This document shows positions 20,425-31,775 of a DNA stretch of 64,000 nucleotides, piece after piece. Under the pieces are notes generated by a model, which ran no database searches, was not told the origin of the DNA, and saw nothing but the letters and a program-made list of their open reading frames with translations. Each line of letters opens with the position of its first letter. Within the stretch, counting starts at the first letter, position 1. Source of the stretch: an uncultured Candidatus Rokubacteria bacterium (GTDB taxonomy: Bacteria; Methylomirabilota; Methylomirabilia; Rokubacteriales; CSP1-6); NCBI GenBank assembly GCA_963747235.1, contig CAVVEU010000024.1, positions 352,001 through 416,000 on the forward strand. The letters run 5' to 3'. The position numbers and the translations under genes are program-made.

Positions 20425-20814
20425 ATGCAGGCGCCCATGCAGACCAAGCGTGTCCTCGTGGTGGATGACCAGACCCCGGTGCGGGAGCTGGTGGCGGCGG
20501 TGCTCGCCTCGGACGGGCACTCGGTGGAAACCGCGCGCGACGGCGCCGACGCCCTCCGGCTGCTCGACTCCGCGAAGCCCTACGACCTGATCGTGAGCGA
20601 TCTCAAGATGCCCGGTCTCGACGGGCCCAGCCTCTACCTCGAGCTGACGCGGCGCTGGCCGGATACGCGCCCGCACCTGCTCTTCATCTCGGGGTTCGTG
20701 GACTCGCCCGAGTACTCGGGCTTCCTCCAGGGCACGCAGGTGCAGGTGCTGCTCAAGCCGTTCGCGGTGGACGAGCTCTCCCGCGCGGTCTACGGTCTCC
20801 TCGGCGAGTCCTAG
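20425..20814 (+). CDS. Single-domain response regulator (REC)
   Basis: VLVVDD, DLIVSDLKMP, ISG, LLKPF. Confidence 0.9.
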   Translation: MQAPMQTKRVLVVDDQTPVRELVAAVLASDGHSVETARDGADALRLLDSAKPYDLIVSDLKMPGLDGPSLYLELTRRWPDTRPHLLFISGFVDSPEYSGFLQGTQVQVLLKPFAVDELSRAVYGLLGES

Positions 20815-20841
20815 CCCCTTCTCTCGCGGTATCATGCCGCG

Positions 20842-22648
20842 ATGCCCACCTTCTCCGACGTGCTCCAGGCGCGGCTCTCGCGCCGGAGCCTGCTGACCGG
20901 CGGCCTCTCCGCGGCCGGCCTGGGCTGGCTGGGGCCCGCGGCCTGGGCCAGCCGCCCGCTCGGCTTCACCGGCGTGCCCGTGTCGACGGCCGACACGCTG
21001 GTGGTCCCGCCGGGCTACGTGGCGGAGATCCTCTACGCCTGGGGCGATCCGATCTCCGACGGCCCCGCCTTCAAGCCGGACGCGAGCAACAGCGTGGACG
21101 ATCAGCTCCGGCAAGCCGGCATGCACCACGACGGCATGCGCTTCTTCCCGCTGCCGGCCGGCCAGACCGGCTCGACCCATGGGCTGCTCGCCATCAACCA
21201 CGAGTACACGGACGACGGCCTGCTCCACCCGGACGGCATGCTGACCTGGACCGCCGAGAAGGTGCGGAAGTCGCAGGCGGCGCACGGGATCTCGGTGATC
21301 GAGGTGCGACTGGACGGCAACCGCTGGAGCGTGGTTCGGCCGTCGCGCTACGCGCGCCGGGTCACCGCGGCGACGCCGATGGGGATCACCGGGCCGGCCG
21401 CCGGACACGCGTGGATGCGGACCGCCGCCGATCCGGCCGGCCGCACCGCGCTCGGCACGATGAGCAACTGCGCGATGGGCTACACCCCGTGGGGCACCTA
21501 TCTGACCTGCGAGGAGAACGTCCAGTTCTACTTCGTCAACCGCTCCGACCGACGTGCCCGCGCTCCAGCAGCGCTACGGCATCACCGCGCGGGGCGGCGG
21601 CTACCGCTGGCATGAGTTCGACGAGCGCTTCGATGCCGCGCGCCATCCGAACGAGCCCAATCGCTTCGGCTGGGTCGTCGAGATCGATCCCTTCGACCCG
21701 TCGCGGCCGCCCCTGAAGCGCACCGCGATGGGGCGCTTCAAGCACGAGGGCGCCGCCCTTTCGATCGCGCCGGATCGCCGCGTGGCCTTCTACATGGGCG
21801 ACGACGAGCGCTTCGAGTACGTCTACAAGTTCGTGAGCCGCGACCCGGCCCACCGCGACGCGCTCGAGCACGGCACGCTCTACGCGGCCCGCTTCGACGC
21901 CGACGGCACCGGCGTCTGGCTCGAGCTCGCCCCGGGGCAGAACGGGCTCGACGCGGCCGCCGGGTTCCCGAGCCAGGCCGAGATCTGCATCGCGCCGCGT
22001 CTGGCCGGGGAGGTCGCGGGGGCGACGACGATGGACCGCCCGGAGTGGATCGCGGTGCACCCGCAGACCGGCGAAGCCTACTGCGCGCTCTCCTACAACG
22101 AGACGCGGGGCCAGCCCGGGCGCCCGGGACCGAACCCGGCCAATCCGCGGTCGGCGAACGTGTACGGCCACATCATCCGCTGGCGGGAGCGCGGCGGCGA
22201 TCCGACCGCGACGCGCTTCGAGTGGGACGTCTTCATCCTCTGCGGCGACCCCGCGAGCAAGGGCGACGCCTTCGGCTCGCCGGACGGGCTGTGGGTGGAC
22301 GGGCGCGGCGTGCTGTGGATCCAGACCGACGTGTCCACCCGGCTCCTGCACAAGGGCGACTACGCGGGCATGGGCAACAACCAGATGCTGGCCGCCGATC
22401 CGGTCACGCGGGAGGTGCGGCGCTTCCTCACCGGCCCCCGCGGCTGCGAGGTCACCGGCGCGACCGGCACCCCGGACGGGCGGACGATGTTCGTGAACAT
22501 CCAGCACCCGGGGGAGACGCCGAGCGAGCGGAGCAACCCGGCCACGCCGAAGGGCATCAGCGCCTGGCCGGACGGGCCGAGCGGAGGGCGACCCCGCTCG
22601 GCCACCGTGGTGATCCGCCGCGCCGACGGCGGGCTGATCGGAACCTAG
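20842..22648 (+). CDS. phoX: PhoX-family alkaline phosphatase, Tat-exported; indel near 21550
   Basis: SRRSLL Tat motif, [48 protein letters not shown]. Confidence 0.92.
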
Positions 22649-25244
22649 ACCGGCTTCGCCTCCACGCGCTTCCGGAACACGATCCGGCCCTGGTCGGCGT
22701 CCACGACCACGGTGTCGCCCTCGCCGTAGGTGCCGCTCAGCAGCTCGAGGGCCAGCGGATCCTGGATCATGCGCTGGATGGTCCGCTTGAGCGGCCGCGC
22801 CCCGTAGACCGGGTCGTAGCCCTCCTGGGCCAGCAGGGCCTTGGCCGCCGCGGTCAGCTCGAGCGTGATGCGCTTGTCGGCCAGCCGCTTGACCAGGTGC
22901 CGCGCCTGGATCTCCACGATCGAGCCGATCTCCTCGCGGCCGAGCGGCTGGAAGATCACCGTCTCGTCGATGCGGTTCAGGAACTCGGGCCGCAGGGCCT
23001 GCTTGAGCAGGTCGAGGATCAGCCCGCGCACCCGGGCGGGATCCTTCTCCTCGCGGAAGAACTGGCTCCCGAGGTTCGACGTCATGATGACCACCGTGTT
23101 GCGGAAGTCCACCGTGCGGCCCTGGCCGTCGGTGAGGCGGCCGTCGTCGAGGAGCTGCAGCAGCACGTTGAAGACGTCGCCGTGGGCCTTCTCGATCTCG
23201 TCGAAGAGCACCACGGAGTAGGGGCGCCGCCGCACCGCCTCGGTGAGCTGGCCGCCCTCGTCGTAGCCCACGTAGCCCGGGGGGGCGCCGATGAGCCGCG
23301 CCACCGTGTGCTTCTCCAGGTACTCGGACATGTCGATGCGGATCATGGCCCGCTCGTCGTCGAACATGAACTCGGCGAGCGCCCGCGCCAGCTCGGTCTT
23401 GCCCACGCCGGTGGGGCCCAGGAACAGGAACGAGCCGATCGGCCGGTTCGGGTCCGAGAGCCCGGAGCGCGCGCGCCGGACCGCGTTGGAGACGGCCACG
23501 ATGGCCTCGCGCTGGCCCACGACCCGCTCGGCCAGGCGCTCCTCCATCTTCACGAGCTTCTGCGACCTCGGCCTCGAGCAGCCGCGTGACCGGGATGCCG
23601 GTCCACTTGGCCACCACGCCGGCCACGTCCTCCTCGTCCACCTCTTCCTTCAGCATGCGGCCGCTCTTCTGCATCTCGGCCAGGCGGGCGTTCTCGGCGG
23701 TGAGCCGCTTGTCGAGCTCCATGAGCGTGCCGTAGCGCAGCTCCGCCGCCTTCTGCAGATCGCCCCGCCGCTCGGCGTCGGCCATGGCCGCGCGGGCGGC
23801 CTCCGCGTCCTCCTTGGTCTTGCCGATGGTCATGATCGCGGCCTTCTCGGCCTGCCACTGGTTCTTGAGCCGCGCCGACTTCTCGCGCAGCTCGGCCAGC
23901 TCCGCGTCCAGGCGCGCCAGCCGCTCGCGCGAGACCTCGTCGGACTCGCGGGCCACCGACACCCGCTCGATCTCGAGCTGCATGATGCGCCGCTGGGTCT
24001 CGTCGAGCTCGGCGGGCATCGAGTCGATCTCGATGCGGAGCTTCGAGGCGGCCTCGTCGATCAGGTCGATGGCCTTGTCGGGCAGGAACCGGTCCGCGAT
24101 GTAGCGGTGCGAGAGCACCGCGGCCGCGACCAGGGCCGCGTCCTTGATCTTGACCTTGTGGTGGACCTCGTACTTCTCCTTGAGGCCGCGCAGGATCGCG
24201 ATGGTGTCCTCCACCGAGGGCTCGCGCACCAGCACCGGCTGGAAGCGGCGCTCCAGCGCGGGGTCCTTCTCGATGTGCTTGCGGTACTCGTCGAGCGTGG
24301 TGGCGCCCACGCAGCGCAGCTCGCCGCGGGCCAGCGCCGGCTTCAGCATGTTGGCCGCGTCCACCGCGCCCTCGGCCGCGCCCGCGCCCACCAGGGTGTG
24401 CAGCTCGTCGATGAAGCAGATGATCTCGCCGTTGGACTCGGTGATCTCGCGCAGCACCGCCTTCAGGCGGTCCTCGAACTCGCCGCGGTACTTGGAGCCC
24501 GCGACCATGGCCCCGATGTCCACCGCCACCAGCCGCTTGTTCTTGAGCCCCTCGGGCACGTCGCCGGCGACGATGCGCTGGGCGAGCCCTTCCACGATGG
24601 CGGTCTTGCCCACGCCGGGCTCGCCGATCAGCACCGGGTTGTTCTTGGTCCGGCGCGAGAGCACCTGGATCACGCGGCGGATCTCCTCGTCGCGCCCGAT
24701 GACCGGGTCGAGCTTGCCCTTGCGGGCCAGCTCGGTCAGGTCCTTCGAGTAGCGCTGGAGCGCCTGGTACTTGTCCTCGGGATTGGGATCGGTCACGCGC
24801 TGCGTGCCGCGCACGTCCACCAGCGAGCGGTAGATGGCCTCCGCGCTCACCCCCGCGGCCGGCGAGCAGGCGCCCGGTGGCGCCGCCCTTCTCCTGGGCG
24901 ATGGCGATCAGCAGGTGCTCGGTCGAGACGTACTCGTCCTTGAGCCGCTCCGCCTCCTCCCACGCGCGATTGATCACGCCCTCGAAGCGCTGGGAGGCGT
25001 ACTGCTTCCCGGCCCCGCCGCGCACCGCGGGGAGCTTCTCGATCTCGGTCTGCACCTGCCGCGCGAGCGCCTCCGGGCGCGCGCCCAGCTTGGCGAGCAG
25101 CGGTCCCACCACGCCCTCCTGCTGCTGCAGCAGCGCCTGCAGCAGGTGCTCGGGCTCGACGGCCTGATGGCTGCCCTGGTCGGCCAGCGATTGCGCGGCC
25201 TGGATGGCTTCCTGGGCCTTGACGGTCAGCTTGTCCAGTCTCAT
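22645..25244 (-). CDS. clpB: ATP-dependent disaggregase ClpB; indels near 23560 and 24855
   Basis: [23 protein letters not shown], coiled-coil M domain (AAELRYG), [20 protein letters not shown]. Confidence 0.96.
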
Positions 25245-25245
25245 T

Positions 25246-26299
25246 TCAGTTGCTCTCCGGTCTGAGCTTCTTCAGCTCCTGGAATAGCTCTTTCTCTCTC
25301 GGGCTGAGCCCGGTCGGTATCGTGATCTGCACCCGCACGAACTGGTCGCCGGCGCCGCCCCCCTTGAGACGCGGCATGCCGTACCCGGGGAGCCGGAACG
25401 TCTTGCCGCTCGACGTCTCCGCCGGGATCTTCATGGACACCTGCCCCTTGAGCGTGGGCACCGAGACCTCGCCGCCCAGCGCGGCGACCGGCACGGGCAC
25501 CGGCAGGTCCGCGTGGAGATCGTCGCCCTTGCGCTCGAAGCGCGGGTGCGGCGCCACCGTCACGCGCAGGTAGAGATCACCGCGGGAGGCGCGCTCGCCC
25601 GAGCCGCCGCCGACGCCCTCGGACGCCATGCGGACGCGCGAGCCGGTGTCCACGCCCGCCGGGATCTTCACCTCCAGGTTCCGCGTGCTCTTGGTCCAGC
25701 CGCCGCCCCGGCATCGCGGGCAGGGGCGCCGGTTGACGTTGCCGGAGCCGCCGCACTCCGGGCACGGCTCGTCGAGCTCGAGCGAGATCGTCTTCTTCGC
25801 CCCCTGGAAGGCCTCCTCGAGCGTGAGCTCGATGGCCGCTTCCACGTCGCTGCCGCGGCTCACCGGGCCGAAGCCGCCGCCCAGGTCGCCCAGGTCCGAG
25901 AACTCGTACTCGGTCGCGCCGGCGCCGGCCTGGGCGCGGCGGAAGCCGCCCAGGTCCGAGAAGATCGTGCGGAAGAAATCCGAGAAGCCGCCCGCGTCGC
26001 CTTCCTGGGTGAAGCGGACGTTACTGGCCGCCGGGGCGGCCCTCGAAGGGCGAGCGCCCGGCCCCCGCGCCGGCCTGGGCATAGCGCTCCCAGTCGGGCC
26101 CGAGGGTGTCGTAGCGCTTCCGCTTCTCGGGGTCCCCGAGAACCGTGTAGGCCTCGCTGATCTCCTTGAAGCGGTCGGCCTTGCCCTTGTTGACGTCGGG
26201 ATGGTGCTTGCGGGCGAGCCGGCGGTAGGCGGTCTTGATCGCCTTGTCGTCGGCCGTCCGCTCGATGCCGAGCGTCTTGTAGTAGTCCTTGAATTCCAT
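25246..26299 (-). CDS. J-domain co-chaperone (CbpA/DnaJ-like) with a half-size Zn finger; indel near 26030
   Basis: [27 protein letters not shown] and [18 protein letters not shown]. Confidence 0.9.
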
Positions 26300-26304
26300 A
26301 GGGT

Positions 26305-26352
26305 TAGACGACGAGGAGGCGTCGCCTCGCGTCGCCTACGAGAAGTGTAGCA
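26305..26352 (-). promoter_or_regulatory. Extended -10 promoter plus a 5' UTR hairpin for the J-protein-clpB operon
   Basis: TG-C-TACACT (hexamer at 26344-26349); leader UAGGCGACG...CGUCGUCUA pairs, ending 5 nt before the ATG. Confidence 0.5.
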
Positions 26353-26397
26353 GACGGTCGGCCGGTTGGCTGGGAACGGGACTACAATAGGCGCGCC

Positions 26398-28481
26398 GTG
26401 ACGACCCGGACCTGCACGCTCGCCATCGACGTAGGCGGGACCTTCACCGACATCACGTTCACCGACGCCGCCACCGGCGCGCTCTGGGTCGCCAAGACGC
26501 CGTCCACGCCGGGCGATCTCTCGACCGGCTTCATCACCGCGGTGCGCAAGGTGCTGGCCCTGGCCGGCCGCGCCCCGGCCGACGTGCTGCGCGTCTTCCA
26601 CGGCACCACCACCGCGACCAACGCCATCCTCGAGGGCAAGACGCCGCCCACCGCGCTGGTGACCACGGCCGGCTTCAAGTACGTGCTCGAGATCGGCCGC
26701 CACGACATCCCGCGCCACGGCAATCTCTACGGCTGGTCCAAGCCCACGCGGCCGATCACCCCGGAGCGCGTGTTCGAGGTGGACGAGCGGCTCGACGTGG
26801 ACGGCTCGGTGCTGCGCCCGCTGGACGAGCCCGGCGCGCGCGCCCTGGCCCGCCAGCTCGCCCAGATGGGCGTGCCCGCGGTCGCGGTGGTCTTCCTGCA
26901 CGCCTACGCCAACCCCGCGCACGAGCAGCGCATGCAGGCGATCCTGGCCGAGGAGTACCCGGGCGTGCTCGTGTCGCTGTCCTCCGAGGTGCTGCCCCAG
27001 TTCCGCGAGTTCGAGCGGACCATGGCGACCGCGCTCAACGCGGCGGTGATGCCGCCGGTGAGCCGCTACGTGAGCGTGCTGCGCCAGGCGCTGGACGCGC
27101 GAGGGCCTGCAGGCGCCGCTGCTCATCATGAAGTCGGACGGCGGCGTCACCAGCGCGGCCACCTGCGTGCGCCAGCCGGTGCAGACCGTGCTGTCGGGCC
27201 CCGCCGCGGGCGTCGTCGGCGCGGTGTCGGTCGGGCGCTCGGCCGGCTTCGGCGACATCATCTCGATCGACGTCGGCGGCACCAGCGCCGACATCTGCCT
27301 GGTGCGCGACGGGCGGCCCGAGGTCACCAAGGACGGCATGATCGGGCCGTTCCCGCTCAAGCTGCCCATCGTGGACATCCACACGATCGGCGCGGGCGGC
27401 GGGAGCATCGCCGCGGTGACCAGCGCGGGCCGTCTCACGGTGGGGCCGCGCAGCGCGGGCGCCGAGCCCGGGCCCGTCTGCTATCGCCGCGGCGGGAGCG
27501 AGCCGACCGTGACCGACGCGCATCTGGTGCTGGGCCGCATCCCGGCCGCCCTGCTCGGCGGCGAGCTGCCGCTCGACGTGCCGGCGGCGCGCGAGGCCAT
27601 CACGGCGCGCATCGGCCGCCCGCTTGAGCCTGGGCGTCGAGGAAGCGGCGGCCGGCGTCGTCGAGATCGTGGACAACACCATGGCACGCGCCATCCGCAC
27701 CGTGTCGGTGGGACGCGGCCACGACCCGCGGCGCTTCGCGCTGGTGGCCTTCGGCGGCGCGGGGCCGCTCCACGCCTGCCGCCTGGCCGAGCTGCTCGAG
27801 ATCCCGACCGTGATCATCCCGGCGCGGCCGGGCGTGCTGTCCACCTGGGGTCTGCTCGACACCGACATCCGCTCGACCTTCGTGCGCACCGCGGGCACCG
27901 GGGCGCGCCGGCTGGCCGAGGCGGCTCGCGGAGTGGCGGAGCTCGAGGGCGCCTGGATGGAGCTCGAGCGCCAGGCCCAGGCCTGGCTCGCGGGCGAGCA
28001 GGTGCCGAGCGAGCGGCAACGCTTCGAGCGCGGCGCGGACCTGCGGTACGAGCACCAGAGCTTCGAGCTGACCTGCCCGCTCGGGGACGGCCCGCTGACC
28101 GCGGCCCGGCTCGCGCAGCTCGTCGCGACGTTCCACGCCGAGCACCGGCGGCTCTACAGCTACGACCTGCCCAACGCGCCGGTGGAGCTGGTGAACCTGC
28201 GGCTCACCGCGGTGGGCACGCTGCCGCACGGCGAGCGGACCCTCCCCGTGACCGGCGGGGGCACGCTGGCCGCCGCGATCACCGGTCACCGCCCGGTCTA
28301 CTTCCGCGGCGCGGGCTTCGTCTCCACGCCCTGCTACGCGCGGGGCGGCCTGGCGCCGGGCATGACCTTCGAGGGCCCGGCCATCATCGAGCAGGACGAC
28401 GCCACCCCGCTGGTGGCGCCGGGCTTCCGCGCCCGCGTCGACGACGCGCACAATATCCTCCTGGAGCGCTCCCATGCCTGA
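26398..28481 (+). CDS. Hydantoinase A / 5-oxoprolinase family subunit; indels near 27100 and 27625
   Basis: DVGGTFTD, HGTTTATNA, LSGPAAG, DVGGTSAD, GAGGGSIA, FGGAGPLH. Confidence 0.9.
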
Positions 28482-30303
28482 GTCCGTCCCGCCGCGCGTC
28501 GATCCGATCACGCTCGAGATCATCCGCGGCAGCCTCGCCTCCGCGATCCGCGACATGGAGCTCCTGATGGAGCGCTGCGCGATGTCGCCCTTCATCAAGG
28601 AGAAGAAGGACTACTTCGTCGGCATCTTCGACACGCGGGGCCGCATCGTGGCCTGCCACATCTCGGGCAGCGGGCCCGGCATGCTGCAGCCCATCTTGAA
28701 GCTCTACCCGCTCGAGACCATGCGGCCGGGCGACGTCTACTGGTTCAACGACCCGTACATCTCGGACGGCGCCGTCCAGCACCACCAGGACATGGTCTTC
28801 ACGGTGCCGGTCTTCCACGCGGGACGCCCGGTGGCCTTCGCCACCACGTTCGGCCACTACCAGGACATCGGTGGGCTGCGCGCCGGCTCGATCTCGCCCC
28901 ACGCCACCGAGATCTACCACGAGGGCGTCCTCGTGCCCCCCGTGCGAATCGTTCGCGAGGGCCAGCTCAACGAGGAGGCGTACCGGATCTTCCTCCGCAA
29001 CTCGCGCCTGCCCGACCTGGTGGAGGGCGACACGCGCGCCATGATGGCCTCCTGCCACCTGGCCGAGACCCGGCTGGGCGAGCTCTGCGCCCGCTACGGG
29101 GTGGAGACGCTGCTGGCCGCCTTCGACGAGTGCATCGCCCAGACCGCGGCGCGGGCGCGCGAGCTGTTCCTGGAGCTGGTGCCGCCGGGGGAGTGGCGCT
29201 TCCACGACTTCCTCGACAGCGACGGCGGGGCCGAGGCCCGGCCCTATCGCATCGACCTGACGCTGACGCGCGCGGGCGATCACGTGCGGCTCGACGGCTC
29301 GAACTCCGACGACCAGGCGCGCGGCCCGATCAACTTCACGACGAACCCGGGGCTGCTCCGCATCGCGTTCGGGCGCTATCTGCAGTCGCTCGACCCCGAT
29401 CTCGAGGTCAACGAGGGGCTGCTCCACAATCTCGACGAGTGGATCGCCCGCGAGGGCAGCATTCTCAAGCCGCGCTTCCCGGCGCCGCTCGGCATGCGCG
29501 CCAACACGCGCTTCCGGGTGATGTCGTGCATCTTCGGCACGCTCGCCCAGGCCAATGGCGGCCGCGTGCCCGCCGGCTCGCCGGTCTACGTCCTCTACTA
29601 CTTCCGGTCCTGGGACGCGGCCCGCCAGCGGCCGATCCTCTGCATCGAGGGGCTCGGGGTCGGGCTCGGGGCGCGGCCGTTCGCGGACGGGGTGGACGTC
29701 ATCTACTACATCGCCCAGGAGAACTACCCGGTGGAGTACGTGGAGCGCGACTTCCCGCTCCGGGTGGAGCGCTACGCGGTGCGCCCGGACTCGGGCGGGC
29801 CGGGCGTGCAGCGCGGCGGCACCGGCGTGGTGCGCGACGTGCGCGTGCTGGCCGAGCGCGCCGAGCTGGCCACGCGGATGGAGAACACGGTGGTCGCGCC
29901 CTACGGGGTGGCGGGCGGCGGCGCGGGCCGGACCGGGCGCATCACGCTCAACCCGGGCACGCCGGAGGCGCGGGTGCTGCCCGCGCTGGGCGACGCGATC
30001 GTCCTGAAGCGCGGCGACCTGCTGCGCTTCGAGACCTGCGGCGGCGGCGGCTGGGGCGATCCGCTCGCCCGCGAGCCGGAGCGCGTGCGCCAGGACGTGG
30101 CGCGGGGCTTCATCACGCCGCGTGGCGCGCTCGAGGACTATGGCGTGGTGGTGGACGCGGCCACGCTCGAGGTGGACAAGACGGCCACCCAGGAGGAGCG
30201 CGCGCGTCGCGCCCACGATCTGCCGTTGATCGATCGCGGGCCCGGCTTCGCGCAGGCCGAGGAGCGCTGGCGGGGATTCCGGAGCGCGGAGGCGTCATCA
30301 TGA
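28474..30303 (+). CDS. Hydantoinase B / oxoprolinase family subunit
   Basis: DPITLEII, NDPY, GHYQDIGG, EIYHEG, GGGGWGDP. Confidence 0.9.
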   Translation: MPESVPPRVDPITLEIIRGSLASAIRDMELLMERCAMSPFIKEKKDYFVGIFDTRGRIVACHISGSGPGMLQPILKLYPLETMRPGDVYWFNDPYISDGAVQHHQDMVFTVPVFHAGRPVAFATTFGHYQDIGGLRAGSISPHATEIYHEGVLVPPVRIVREGQLNEEAYRIFLRNSRLPDLVEGDTRAMMASCHLAETRLGELCARYGVETLLAAFDECIAQTAARARELFLELVPPGEWRFHDFLDSDGGAEARPYRIDLTLTRAGDHVRLDGSNSDDQARGPINFTTNPGLLRIAFGRYLQSLDPDLEVNEGLLHNLDEWIAREGSILKPRFPAPLGMRANTRFRVMSCIFGTLAQANGGRVPAGSPVYVLYYFRSWDAARQRPILCIEGLGVGLGARPFADGVDVIYYIAQENYPVEYVERDFPLRVERYAVRPDSGGPGVQRGGTGVVRDVRVLAERAELATRMENTVVAPYGVAGGGAGRTGRITLNPGTPEARVLPALGDAIVLKRGDLLRFETCGGGGWGDPLAREPERVRQDVARGFITPRGALEDYGVVVDAATLEVDKTATQEERARRAHDLPLIDRGPGFAQAEERWRGFRSAEASS

Positions 30304-31406
30304 AGAGCGTCGAGATCGATCGCGGCAAGCGGCTGATCGAGCAGCCCGGGACCGGGCACAACCGGTGGCACCCGGACGTCCCGCCCATCCTGGAAGTCGC
30401 CGAGGGCGAGGAGGTCGTGCTCGAGACCCGCGACGGCGTGGATGGCCAGCTCGGGCCCACCACCACCGCGGCGAGCATGGCCACGATGGACGCGGGCGCC
30501 ATCCACCCGATCACGGGGCCGGTGCTCGTGAAGGGCGCCCGGCCGGGCGATCTCCTCGAGATCGAGTTCGTGGACATCCTGCCGCAGCCCCACGCCTTCA
30601 CCGGCATCGTGCCGGGACTCGGCTTCCTGCGCGATCTCTACACGGTGCCGTATCTCGTGCACTGGAGCATCGCCGACGGCTGGGCCACCTCGAAGGAGCT
30701 GCCCGGGGTGCGCATTCCCGGCGCGTCCTTCATGGGCGTGATCGGCGTGGCGCCGTCGCACGCGCAGGTGGCCGCCTGGGCCCGGCGCGAGCAGGACCTG
30801 CTGAGCCGCGGCGGCCTCGTCATGACGCCCGACGCGGCGGGCGCGGTGCCCGGCACGGGCGCGGCGGCCACCCACGGCCTGCGCACGATCCCGCCGCGCG
30901 AGAACGGCGGCAACATGGACGTCAAGCAGATCACCAAGGGCGCGACGCTCCAGCTCCCGGTCGCGGTGGAGGGCGCGCTGTTCTCGGTGGGCGACGGCCA
31001 CTTCGCCCAGGGCGACGGCGAGGTGTGCGTGACCGCGGTCGAGATGGGCGCCACCGCGGTGGTCAAGTTCAAGGTGATCCGCGGCGCGGGCAAGACGCTG
31101 GCGCGCGGCCCGCGCTTCCGGCACCGCGACTACTTCGCCCCGCCGGAGTGGGCCGCGCCGAAGCGCTTCCTGGCCGCCACCGGCATGCCGATCCGCGACG
31201 ACGGCGTGAACGAGGGCGAGAACCTCACCCTGGCCTGCCGCAACGCGCTGCTCAACATGATCGACCTGCTGCAGGAGCGCGGCTTCACGCGCGAGCAGGC
31301 CTACGTCATCTCGAGCGTGGCGGTGGACCTGCGGGTGAGCAACGTGGTGGACGTGCCGAACTACGTGGTCACCGCGCTCATCCCCGAGGGGATCTTCGAC
31401 CGCTGA
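30300..31406 (+). CDS. Acetamidase/formamidase family protein
   Basis: HNRWHPD, HPITGP, PPRENGGNMD, GDGHFAQGDGEVC, VVDVPN; ATGA overlap with hydantoinase B. Confidence 0.9.
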   Translation: MKSVEIDRGKRLIEQPGTGHNRWHPDVPPILEVAEGEEVVLETRDGVDGQLGPTTTAASMATMDAGAIHPITGPVLVKGARPGDLLEIEFVDILPQPHAFTGIVPGLGFLRDLYTVPYLVHWSIADGWATSKELPGVRIPGASFMGVIGVAPSHAQVAAWARREQDLLSRGGLVMTPDAAGAVPGTGAAATHGLRTIPPRENGGNMDVKQITKGATLQLPVAVEGALFSVGDGHFAQGDGEVCVTAVEMGATAVVKFKVIRGAGKTLARGPRFRHRDYFAPPEWAAPKRFLAATGMPIRDDGVNEGENLTLACRNALLNMIDLLQERGFTREQAYVISSVAVDLRVSNVVDVPNYVVTALIPEGIFDR

Positions 31407-31775
31407 GGCCGGCGCGAGCAGGATGGTCGGGATCGCGAGCTGGATGTCGGTGACGTGCATCAGGACGTCGTCGGTGCGCCGGCCCACGTAGCCCGCGACG
31501 AGGCCGACGAGCACGCCGAGCGGGCACGACAGGCCCACCGCGATCACCCCGATCAGGAGCGAGATCCGCGCGCCGTGGATCAGGCGGCTCAGGATGTCGC
31601 GGCCGACCTCGTCGGTGCCGAGCACGTGCCCGGGAATGCCCGGCGGCTGCAGCCGCTTCAGGATGTCCTGCTCGTTCGGCCCGTACGGGGCGAGGCCGCT
31701 CCGCGAAGACGGCGGCGAGCCAGGATGAGCGCCGAGCGTGGCCGCGGAGAGCCAGAACACCGGATCGCGCCGCAT
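31407..31775 (-). pseudogene. Truncated DppC/OppC-type permease (N-terminal ~120 aa only)
   Basis: HVLGTDEVGRDILSRLIHGARISL present; similarity ends after QLAIPTILLA, at the formamidase stop; no EAA loop. Confidence 0.75.
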
